Shown: one piece after another, positions 55,984 to 64,000 of the stretch
Layout of the letters: each line of letters begins with the position of its first letter
How positions within the stretch are numbered: position 1 is the stretch's first letter
Source of the DNA: an uncultured bacterium
GTDB lineage: Bacteria; Krumholzibacteriota; Krumholzibacteriia; Krumholzibacteriales; Krumholzibacteriaceae
Length of the DNA stretch: 64,000 bases
Direction: 5' to 3'
NCBI GenBank assembly: GCA_963813815.1
Contig: CAWFAD010000011.1
Coordinates: forward strand, 96,001-160,000
Translations under genes and position numbers: made by a program
Notes under the pieces: generated by a model
Database searches by the model: none
What the model was told of the DNA's origin: nothing
What the model saw: only the letters and a program-made list of their open reading frames with translations

Positions 55984-57900
55984 ATGTCGAAGATTATTGG
56001 GATCGATCTCGGAACGACGAACTCATGCGTGGCGGTAATCGAGGGGAATGAGCCGTCCATCATACCGAATCCCGAGGGAGGGCGCACGACGCCTTCCGTG
56101 GTAGGGTTCAAGGATCATCAGCGTCTCGTCGGAGTGCTGGCTAAACGGCAAGCCGTCACGAATCCAAAAAACACGGTCTACTCGATCAAGCGCTTCATGG
56201 GCAGAAAGTTCGCCGAGGTGGCGAACGAGCGCTCCGAGGCGCCGTATGAGGTGTTTCAGGGACCGAACGGGGACGCGCGCGTGCGTCTCGACGGCAAGGA
56301 GTACACGCCGCCCGAGATCTCGGCGTTCGTGCTCCAGTATCTCAAGGAAGCGGCCGAGAAATACCTCGGCGAGAAGGTGACGCGCGCCGTCATCACCGTC
56401 CCGGCCTATTTCAACGACAGCCAGCGTCAGGCCACGAAGGACGCCGGGCGGATCGCTGGGCTCGAGGTCGAACGCATCATCAACGAGCCGACCGCCGCCG
56501 CGCTCGCCTACGGGCTCGACAAGCAGGGGGAGAAGACGATCGCCGTGTTCGATCTCGGCGGGGGAACGTTCGACATTTCCATACTCGAGATCGGAGACAG
56601 CGTTTTCGAGGTCAAAGCCACGAACGGCGACACGCATCTCGGCGGAGACGACTTCGATCAGCGCGTGATGGATTGGATCATCGCCGAGTTCAAGCGCGAG
56701 CAGGGCATCGACCTCTCGAACGACGCGATGGCCGTGCAGCGGCTGCGCGAGGCCGCCGAGAAGGCGAAGTGCGAGCTTTCGACCGTTCCGCAGGCGGAGA
56801 TCAATCTGCCCTTTATCACCGCGGACGCGAACGGCCCGAAGCATCTCGGGATGAAGCTCACCCGGGCGAAGCTCGAGTCCCTGACGGCCGATCTCATCGA
56901 ACGCACGGTGGGTCCCTGCCGGGCCTGCCTCCGCGACGCGGGATTCAAGCCCGAAGATCTCGGCGAGGTGATCCTCGTCGGCGGCGCCACCCGCATGCCC
57001 GCCGTTCAGGAGAAGGTGAAGGAGCTTTTCGGCAAGGAGCCGCACCGGGGCGTGAATCCGGACGAGGTCGTCGCTCTCGGGGCCGCGATTCAGGGAGGGG
57101 TTCTCGCCGGCGACGTGCACGACGTGCTGCTGCTCGACGTGACCCCGCTGTCACTCGGCATCGAAACGCTCGGCGGCGTCATGACGAAACTCATCAACCG
57201 CAACACGACCATTCCCACGCGCAAGAGCGAGGTCTTCTCCACCGCGGCGGACAACCAGACGACCGTGGAGATTCACGTGCTGCAGGGAGAGCGGGAGATG
57301 GCTCCCAACAACAAGTCGATCGGCCGGTTCCAGCTCGCCGGCATTCCGCCCGCGGGGCGCGGGATCCCGCAGATCGAGGTTACGTTCGATATCGACGCGA
57401 ACGGCATCCTGAACGTTTCGGCGAAGGACAAGGCGACCGGCCGGGAGCAGAAGATCATCATTCAGCCGTCGAGCGGGCTCAGCGAGAATGAGATCAAGAA
57501 AATGGTGAGCGAAGCCGAAGCGAACGCCGCCGAGGATCACGCGAAGCGCGAGGCGATCGATCTGCGAAATCAGGCGGATCAGCTCGCCTACCAGACGGAG
57601 AAGCAGCTTCTGGAGTACAAGGACAAGATTCCGGCCGAGGACGAGGCCGAGCTGCGGAGGGTCCTCGAGGAGCTCAAGGAAGCCGCGAAATCGGAGAGCG
57701 CGGAACGCATTCGCGCCGCGATCGACCGGCACAACGCGGTCTGGCAGCGCGCCTCGCAGAAAATGTATCAGGCCGCGGGGGCGGCTCAGGGCGCGGGACC
57801 GCAGGGGCCTGCCCCGGAGCCCGAGGCGCCCGCCGGAAACGCGCAGGAAGGAAAGGCGGTCGACGCGGACTACGAGATCCTCGACGACGACAAGAAATGA
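55984..57900 (+). CDS. dnaK: Chaperone DnaK (Hsp70)
   Basis: [50 protein letters not shown]. Confidence 0.99.
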   Translation: MSKIIGIDLGTTNSCVAVIEGNEPSIIPNPEGGRTTPSVVGFKDHQRLVGVLAKRQAVTNPKNTVYSIKRFMGRKFAEVANERSEAPYEVFQGPNGDARVRLDGKEYTPPEISAFVLQYLKEAAEKYLGEKVTRAVITVPAYFNDSQRQATKDAGRIAGLEVERIINEPTAAALAYGLDKQGEKTIAVFDLGGGTFDISILEIGDSVFEVKATNGDTHLGGDDFDQRVMDWIIAEFKREQGIDLSNDAMAVQRLREAAEKAKCELSTVPQAEINLPFITADANGPKHLGMKLTRAKLESLTADLIERTVGPCRACLRDAGFKPEDLGEVILVGGATRMPAVQEKVKELFGKEPHRGVNPDEVVALGAAIQGGVLAGDVHDVLLLDVTPLSLGIETLGGVMTKLINRNTTIPTRKSEVFSTAADNQTTVEIHVLQGEREMAPNNKSIGRFQLAGIPPAGRGIPQIEVTFDIDANGILNVSAKDKATGREQKIIIQPSSGLSENEIKKMVSEAEANAAEDHAKREAIDLRNQADQLAYQTEKQLLEYKDKIPAEDEAELRRVLEELKEAAKSESAERIRAAIDRHNAVWQRASQKMYQAAGAAQGAGPQGPAPEPEAPAGNAQEGKAVDADYEILDDDKK

Positions 57901-58020
57901 TCGTGGGCAGCGGGGGCGAGGCCGCGCCGGGAGCGGGGCCCTCGCCCGGGGCCGCCGCGAGAGATTTTCATTGCCCGCCCTGCGTATTTTTATATAGTAT
58001 AGATGCTTCAGTGAGCGAAT

Positions 58021-58097
58021 GGGCGATTAGCTCAGATGGTTAGAGTACCTGCTTGACATGCAGGGGGTCACTGGTTCAATTCCAGTATCGCCCACCA
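58021..58097 (+). tRNA. tRNA-Val (GAC)
   Basis: GGGCGAT acceptor, anticodon loop TTGACAT, GGTTCAATTCC, encoded CCA. Confidence 0.96.
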
Positions 58098-58121
58098 TTT
58101 TTTTCATACGGAGATGATCCC

Positions 58122-60050
58122 ATGCCGGATCTCGTGCTGAAGGACGGTACGCGGCGGGCGTTCGCCGAGGGAACGCCTTTCGAGACGGTGAGCGAGGCCC
58201 TTTCGGGCAAGTCGCGCCGCGAGCTCGTCGCGTTCAAGGTCGACGGAGCGCTCTACGACGTGCGCCAGCGCGTGCCGGCGGCCGCCGAAATCCATCCCGT
58301 CACCGTAAAGGACGACGAGGCGCTGGAGGTGCTCCGCCACAGCGCGTCGCATCTCATGGCGCTCGCCGTGCAGACGCTCTTTCCTCAGGCCCGGTTCGGG
58401 ATCGGGCCGTCGATCGACGACGGGTTCTATTACGACGTTTTGCTCGACCGGAGCCTCGCGCCCGAGGATCTCGAGCGCATCGAGGCGGGCATGACCGCCG
58501 CCCTGGCGGACGGGCCGCTCGCCTTTACCCGGGAGGAGCTGCCGAGCGCCGAGGCGGTCGCGCTCTTCGAGGGGCTCGGCCAACCGTTCAAGGTCGAGCT
58601 CATCCGGGACCTCGGCGTCGAAACGGTGTCGGTGTACCGCCTCGGTTCGTTCGTCGATCTCTGCGCCGGCCCGCACCTGCCCGATATTGGGATGGTCAAG
58701 GCGTTCAAGCTCCTCTCGATCGCCGGGGCTTACTGGCGGGGGGACGAGCGCAACCAGATGATGCAGCGGATATACGCCACCGCCTTTTTCAGCGACGGCG
58801 ATCTCAAGAAGGAGCTCGTGCGGCGCGAGGAGGCGAAGCGGCGCGATCATCGCCGGCTCGGACCGCAGCTCGAGCTTTTCGACATCAAGGAAGAGGCGGG
58901 GGGCGGCCTCGTGTTCTGGTATCCGAAGGGGTACCGGCTGCGGGAAACGATCGAGAACTTCTGGAAGGAAGAGCATCGCCGGCGCGGCTACGAGATCATC
59001 ATGACGCCCCACATCGCGCGGAGCAGCCTCTGGCGCACCTCGGGGCACTACGATTACTACCGCGAGAACATGTTCATCGTTCCGTCCGAGGATCAGGAGT
59101 TCGTGCTCAAACCGATGAACTGTCCGGGGCATATTCTCGTGTACCAGACCAAGCTCCACAGCTACCGCGATCTTCCGCTGCGGCTCGCGGAGCTCGGAAC
59201 CGTATACCGCAACGAGCGATCGGGCACGCTCCACGGCCTGCTGCGGGTCCGGGGCTTCACCCAGGACGACGCGCACATCTTCTGCACGCCGTCGCAGCTC
59301 CGCGACGAGGTGGACGCGTGCTTCGAGTTCGCGCACGAGCTCCTCTCCGCCTTCGGCTTCGTCGACTACCGGGTCGAGCTCAGCGTGCACGATCCGGCGA
59401 ACATGGGAAAGTACGCGGGGACCGAGGAGGAGTGGGAGCGCGCCGAGGCGAGCCTGCTCGCGGCGATCGAAAAGCGCGGCATTCCGTACCACCGGATGAC
59501 GGGCGAGGCCGTGTTCTACGGACCGAAGATCGACCTCAAGCTCATCGACGCCATCGGGCGCGGCTGGCAGGCGACGACGATCCAGTTCGACTTCAACCTG
59601 CCGCGGCGCTTCGAGGTTCAGTACGTGAACGCCGAGGGGCAGCGCGAGTACGTCTACATGATCCATCGGGCTCTCTTCGGCTCGATCGAGCGCTTCATCG
59701 GGACGCTCACCGAGCACTACGCGGGGGAGTTTCCGCTCTGGCTCGCGCCCGAGCAGGTGCGCGTGTTTCCGATCGGGCCCGGGCAGCACGACTACGTTCG
59801 TTCCGTCGTCCGCCGCCTCGTCGACGGCGGGCTTCTGGCGGAGGCGGACATGCGCGAGGAGAAGATCGGCTACCGCATCCGCGACGCGGAGCTCCACAAG
59901 ATTCCGTACATGGCCGTCGCCGGGGAGCGCGAGATGTGCGACGGCACGCTCGATATCAGGTCCAAACGAAAGGGCAGAATCGGCGTAAAGAGCGTGGACG
60001 AATTCCTGGCGGAAAGCATTGACGAGATACGCCGGAAGACGTATCTTTAA
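58122..60050 (+). CDS. thrS: Threonine--tRNA ligase
   Basis: RHSASH, DLCAGPH, AGAYWRG, RDHRRLG, KPMNCPGH, RVRGFTQDDAH, FYGPKID. Confidence 0.99.
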   Translation: MPDLVLKDGTRRAFAEGTPFETVSEALSGKSRRELVAFKVDGALYDVRQRVPAAAEIHPVTVKDDEALEVLRHSASHLMALAVQTLFPQARFGIGPSIDDGFYYDVLLDRSLAPEDLERIEAGMTAALADGPLAFTREELPSAEAVALFEGLGQPFKVELIRDLGVETVSVYRLGSFVDLCAGPHLPDIGMVKAFKLLSIAGAYWRGDERNQMMQRIYATAFFSDGDLKKELVRREEAKRRDHRRLGPQLELFDIKEEAGGGLVFWYPKGYRLRETIENFWKEEHRRRGYEIIMTPHIARSSLWRTSGHYDYYRENMFIVPSEDQEFVLKPMNCPGHILVYQTKLHSYRDLPLRLAELGTVYRNERSGTLHGLLRVRGFTQDDAHIFCTPSQLRDEVDACFEFAHELLSAFGFVDYRVELSVHDPANMGKYAGTEEEWERAEASLLAAIEKRGIPYHRMTGEAVFYGPKIDLKLIDAIGRGWQATTIQFDFNLPRRFEVQYVNAEGQREYVYMIHRALFGSIERFIGTLTEHYAGEFPLWLAPEQVRVFPIGPGQHDYVRSVVRRLVDGGLLAEADMREEKIGYRIRDAELHKIPYMAVAGEREMCDGTLDIRSKRKGRIGVKSVDEFLAESIDEIRRKTYL

Positions 60051-60068
60051 AGTCGGAAAAAGACAGGG

Positions 60069-60178
60069 CAAGCGGGGGCGCCGGACGCCCTCCACCTTAC
60101 GATCTTTATTGTATCCGTAGGGTTTCATCGGCGACCGTTGCGAACGGGCGGGTGGAACGTCTACCCGCCCGTTTCATT
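60069..60178 (+). promoter_or_regulatory. L20-leader-like structured leader with terminator hairpin before infC
   Basis: Hairpins GGGGGCG/CGCCCTC and CCTTACG/CGTAGGG, then AACGGGCGGGTGGA-acg-TCTACCCGCCCGTT followed by TCATT; position upstream of infC-rpmI-rplT. Confidence 0.55.
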
Positions 60179-60199
60179 GTCGAGGCAGGAGGTGGCAAC

Positions 60200-60739
60200 A
60201 TTAAGGAACGGGAACGAGAGAAGCGGGTTCGAGTGAACGAGCAGATCCGGATTCCCGAGATCCGCGTCATCGACCCCGAGGGAAAGCAGCTCGGAGTGCT
60301 TCCCACGCCGGAGGCGCTCCGTATGGCGGAAGAGTTGGAGCTCGATCTCGTCGAGATCTCTCCGACCTCGCGCCCGCCCGTCTGCAAGATCATGGACTTC
60401 GGCAAGTTCAAATACGAGCAGAGCAAAAAGGCGCGGGATTCGAAACGCAAGCAGCACACGGCCCATCTGAAGGAGATAAAGATCCGGCCAAAGATCGAAG
60501 AGCACGATCTGCAGTTCAAGATGCGCAACGCCGAGAGGTTCTTGCTCGAGAAGGACAAGGTCAAGATCACCGTTGTGTTCCGCGGCCGAGAGATGGAGCA
60601 CCTCGATCTGGGGCGCAAGCTCCTCGATCGCGTCGTGAACACGTTCACCGACATCGCCATCATCGAAAAGGACGCGGTGCAGGTCGGGCGCATGCTGTCG
60701 CTCATCCTGGGCCCGCGGTCCGAGAGGAAAGGGAGCTGA
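60200..60739 (+). CDS. infC: Translation initiation factor IF-3 (ATT start)
   Basis: GGAGGT RBS then in-frame ATT at 60200; [31 protein letters not shown]. Confidence 0.97.
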   Translation: MKEREREKRVRVNEQIRIPEIRVIDPEGKQLGVLPTPEALRMAEELELDLVEISPTSRPPVCKIMDFGKFKYEQSKKARDSKRKQHTAHLKEIKIRPKIEEHDLQFKMRNAERFLLEKDKVKITVVFRGREMEHLDLGRKLLDRVVNTFTDIAIIEKDAVQVGRMLSLILGPRSERKGS

Positions 60740-60747
60740 AGAGAGGC

Positions 60748-60942
60748 ATGCCGAAACTGAAGACCAATCGCGCGGCCCGGAAACGCTTCCGCGTCACCGG
60801 GACCGGCAAGATAAAGCGGACGAAAGCGTACGCGAGCCACATTCTCACGAAGAAGACGAGCAAGCGCAAGCGGGGCCTGCGTCGTGGAACGACGGTGGCG
60901 GCGAGCGACGCTCGGCGCGTCAAACGAATGCTCGGGATGTAG
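60748..60942 (+). CDS. rpmI: 50S ribosomal protein L35
   Basis: [24 protein letters not shown]. Confidence 0.98.
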   Translation: MPKLKTNRAARKRFRVTGTGKIKRTKAYASHILTKKTSKRKRGLRRGTTVAASDARRVKRMLGM

Positions 60943-61002
60943 GACACTGGGACAAGGATTCATGAAGACGCGGCCGTGCGCGGCCGCAGGAGGAAGCGAC
61001 AG

Positions 61003-61359
61003 ATGCCGAGAACCAAGCACGGGGTGCCTTCCCACGGACGTACCAAGAAGATACTGAAGAAGGCAAAGGGCTACTTCGGTAGCCGCAGCAAGTTGCATCG
61101 CATCGCCCGCGAAGCCGTCAATCGGGCGCTCATCTATTCGTACCGCGACCGACGCGTGCGCAAGCGGGACTTCCGCAAGCTCTGGATCACGCGAATCAAC
61201 GCCGCGGCGCGCCTGAACGGTTTGAGCTACAGCCGCTTCATCGAAGGGCTGCGCAAGTCGAACATCGAGATCGATCGCAAGCTCCTCGCCGAGCTCGCCG
61301 TGAACGACGCGGCCGGTTTCGCGAAGCTCGCCGAGATCGCGAAGGAAAAGCGCTCATGA
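61003..61359 (+). CDS. rplT: 50S ribosomal protein L20
   Basis: [37 protein letters not shown]. Confidence 0.98.
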   Translation: MPRTKHGVPSHGRTKKILKKAKGYFGSRSKLHRIAREAVNRALIYSYRDRRVRKRDFRKLWITRINAAARLNGLSYSRFIEGLRKSNIEIDRKLLAELAVNDAAGFAKLAEIAKEKRS

Positions 61360-62414
61360 GCCCACGGGCCGATCGCGACGCGGTGCGCGAGGTCGCTGAA
61401 CGCGCGGCGTGCGCATTCGCGGAGGCTCGGGATCTCGAGAAGCTCGAGGAGGCGCGGGTGCGCTTCATCGGGCGCAAAGGAGAGATCACGACGCTCCTGC
61501 GTTCGATCGGCGAACTGCCGGCCGGCGATCGGCCGGCCTTCGGGGAGCTCATCAACGAGCTCAAGACGGAAATCGAAACGCTCTTCGAGAACCGGCGAAA
61601 CGCGCTCGGAGGCGACGCGGCGGAGGAGGACCATTTCGCGGGGGACGCGACTCTCCCCGGCAGGCGGCCGCTCGCCGGCGGGACGCACGTGCTGCATCGC
61701 GTCGTGAGCGAGATGAAGGCGATCTTCGCCGGCATGGGATACTCGATCGCCGAGGGTCCCGATGTGGAGCTCGATTACTACAACTTCGAGGCGCTCAATT
61801 TTCCCGTCGACCATCCGTCGCGGGATCTCCAGGACACCTTTTACGTGAACCGCGACATACTGCTGCGCACGCAGACGTCGCCGGTGCAGGTGCGCTACAT
61901 GGAAAAGCATCGGCCTCCGATCCGCATCATCGTCCCGGGCCGCGTGTACCGCAACGAAACGCCCGACCCGTCGCACGCGGCGGAGTTTCTCCAGATGGAG
62001 GGGCTCTACGTCGACCGGAACGTATCGCTCGCCGATCTGCGCAGCGACATCACCTTCTTCGCGCGCTCCTTCTTCGGCGCCGGGGCGAAAGTCCGGTTCC
62101 GCCCGCATTTCTTTCCCTTCACGGAGCCGAGCGCGGAGGTCGATATGTCCTGCTTCGCGTGCGGGGGCGCGGGGTGCGCGATCTGCGGCAAGACGGGTTG
62201 GATCGAGATCATGGGCGCGGGGATGGTGCACCCGCACGTATTTCGATACGCGGGGTACGATCCCGACGCCTACACCGGATTCGCCTTCGGCATCGGCATC
62301 GAGCGCACGGCCATGCTGAAGTACGGCATCGACGACATCAGGAGATTGCTCGCGAACGATCTCCGGTTCCTCTCCCAGTTTTGGGGCGAGGCGGCGCCGG
62401 AGGTGCAGCGATGA
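61356..62414 (+). CDS. pheS: Phenylalanine--tRNA ligase alpha subunit
   Basis: [41 protein letters not shown]; CxxC..CxxC insert. Confidence 0.98.
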   Translation: MSPRADRDAVREVAERAACAFAEARDLEKLEEARVRFIGRKGEITTLLRSIGELPAGDRPAFGELINELKTEIETLFENRRNALGGDAAEEDHFAGDATLPGRRPLAGGTHVLHRVVSEMKAIFAGMGYSIAEGPDVELDYYNFEALNFPVDHPSRDLQDTFYVNRDILLRTQTSPVQVRYMEKHRPPIRIIVPGRVYRNETPDPSHAAEFLQMEGLYVDRNVSLADLRSDITFFARSFFGAGAKVRFRPHFFPFTEPSAEVDMSCFACGGAGCAICGKTGWIEIMGAGMVHPHVFRYAGYDPDAYTGFAFGIGIERTAMLKYGIDDIRRLLANDLRFLSQFWGEAAPEVQR

Positions 62415-64000
62415 ACGTCAGCCTGAGCTGGCTCAAGCGGTACGTCGACATCACGGAGAGCCCGGAGACCCTCGCGCATGACCTCACGATGTTCGGTCTG
62501 AACGTCGAGGGAGTCAAGGCGCTCGCGCCCTCGTATTCGGGTGTGGTATTCGGCAAGGTGCTCGAATGCGGTAAGCATCCCGGCGCGGATCGTTTGAGCC
62601 TCTGCACGGTGGAGGCCGGGGGGCAACGCCCTCTCTCGATCGTCTGCGGGGCGCCGAACGTGAGAGCCGGTCAGCGGGTGGCGGTCGCCGTCGAGGGAGC
62701 CACGCTCGCCGGCGGATTGCGCATCAAGCGATCGAAGATCCGCGGCCAGGTGTCCGAGGGGATGATCTGCTCGGTATCCGAGCTCGGCATCGGCGAGGAT
62801 CATTCGGGAATACTCGAGCTCGACTTCGACGACACGCCGGGGGCGAGCCTCGACGGCAGGCTCGGCCAGACGGATTACGTGTTCGAGATCGAAGTGACCC
62901 CCAATCGCCCCGACCTTCTTTGCCACTTCGGCGTGGCCCGCGAGATCGCGGCGCTGTACCGCCGCGAGCTGCGGGCGCCTGAGCTCGCGCCCCTCGAGGG
63001 GGACGAGGAGTTCCGGCTCGAGATCGAGAGCGGCTCGGACTGCCCGCGCTACACGGCGGCCTTCATAGAGGATATCGCCGTCGGACCGTCCCCGGCGTGG
63101 CTGCAGAGGTTGCTGCGCTCCGTCGGGCAAAGCCCCATCAACAATATCGTCGACGCCACGAACTTCGTTCTCATGGAGCTCGGGCAACCTCTCCACGCCT
63201 TCGACCGCGACACGCTCGGAGGCGACGCGATCGTCGTGCGCCGGGCCCGTAAGGGAGAGCGGATCGTCACGCTCGACGGGGTCGAGCGCGAGCTCGATAC
63301 GGGAATCCTCGTCATCGCCGACGCCGACCGGGCCGTCGGGGTGGCCGGAGTCATGGGGGGGAAGGAGACCGAGGTGCGTCCGGAGACGAAGCGCCTCGTC
63401 GTCGAGAGCGCGTGCTTCGAACCTCGCCTCATACGGCGCGCCCGGCAGCGCCTGCGCCTCGACACGGAAGCGAGCTACCGGTTCGAGCGCGGGGGAGACG
63501 TCGGCGTCACGCGCGACGCGGCGGCGAGGCTCTGCCGCCTCGTGGCCGAGATGAGCGTCGGCAAACCCTCTTTACGGACCGCAGAGCGCCTGAGCGATGC
63601 GGCGGCGCTCGACCGGGGCCCCGTCGCCCTGCGCGTCGCGCAGACGAACCGCGTCATGGGGACGCATCTCGCCTCCGACGACATCGCCGCTCTCCTCGAG
63701 CGCCTGGCCCTGCCGTCGCGGATCTCCGGGGATACCGTTCGCGTCTCCGTGCCCACTTTCCGGAGGGATCTCGTCGAGGAGATCGATCTCGTCGAGGAGG
63801 CGGCACGGGTGTACGGATACGACAACATCGGACGCGACGAATCGGTCCGCTGCGGGATATTTTCCGTGCCGGCTCCCGAGGAGCGGCGCGGCGAGCTCAT
63901 CGCCCAGCATCTCGTCTCTCGGGGTTTCGCCGAGGTGATAACGAGCTCCTTCATGGATCCGGCGTCGCCCGCCCGCATGCGCTGGGACGCCTCGGACGAA
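62411..64000 (+). CDS. pheT: Phenylalanine--tRNA ligase beta subunit (3'-truncated by window)
   Basis: [58 protein letters not shown]. Confidence 0.97.
   Translation, partial: MNVSLSWLKRYVDITESPETLAHDLTMFGLNVEGVKALAPSYSGVVFGKVLECGKHPGADRLSLCTVEAGGQRPLSIVCGAPNVRAGQRVAVAVEGATLAGGLRIKRSKIRGQVSEGMICSVSELGIGEDHSGILELDFDDTPGASLDGRLGQTDYVFEIEVTPNRPDLLCHFGVAREIAALYRRELRAPELAPLEGDEEFRLEIESGSDCPRYTAAFIEDIAVGPSPAWLQRLLRSVGQSPINNIVDATNFVLMELGQPLHAFDRDTLGGDAIVVRRARKGERIVTLDGVERELDTGILVIADADRAVGVAGVMGGKETEVRPETKRLVVESACFEPRLIRRARQRLRLDTEASYRFERGGDVGVTRDAAARLCRLVAEMSVGKPSLRTAERLSDAAALDRGPVALRVAQTNRVMGTHLASDDIAALLERLALPSRISGDTVRVSVPTFRRDLVEEIDLVEEAARVYGYDNIGRDESVRCGIFSVPAPEERRGELIAQHLVSRGFAEVITSSFMDPASPARMRWDASDE

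Overview
High-GC Gram-negative (LPS-making) bacterial chromosome segment with no phage, integrase, transposase or CRISPR array. Layout: (1) hsp20-lon running directly into an LPS-core operon (MsbA-like ABC exporter, four GT9 heptosyltransferase-family genes, split HldA/HldC, GT2/GT4 genes), then a DUF3108-like, a deoxyhypusine-synthase-like and an ArnT-like gene (0.4-18.2 kb); (2) a ~27 kb surface-polysaccharide region (two priming sugar transferases, Wza, co-polymerase, ExeA/PrsA-type ATPase, tyrosine kinase, Wzx, many GTs, rmlA/C/D, WbpB/E/D-like trio, radical SAM) that also carries unexplained enzymes: a nucleotidyltransferase-fold protein, two alkaline-phosphatase-superfamily proteins and a dTMP-kinase-like protein; (3) SPOR protein, multiply frameshifted galT, glgA, tRNA-Gly/Cys/Leu and a further glycan-modification operon; (4) cca, dnaK, tRNA-Val and the conserved thrS-infC-rpmI-rplT-pheS-pheT block. 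The most notable non-coding signals are a long-hairpin plus terminator leader ahead of the polysaccharide cluster, whose loop is complementary to the terminator stem (candidate new attenuator), a 117-bp element with perfect 14-bp terminal inverted repeats after cca, and a nested TGCCA/TGGCA palindrome plus sigma54-like site before dnaK. All calls come from manual motif reading; no database searches or folding programs were run. Some frameshifts may be assembly errors.
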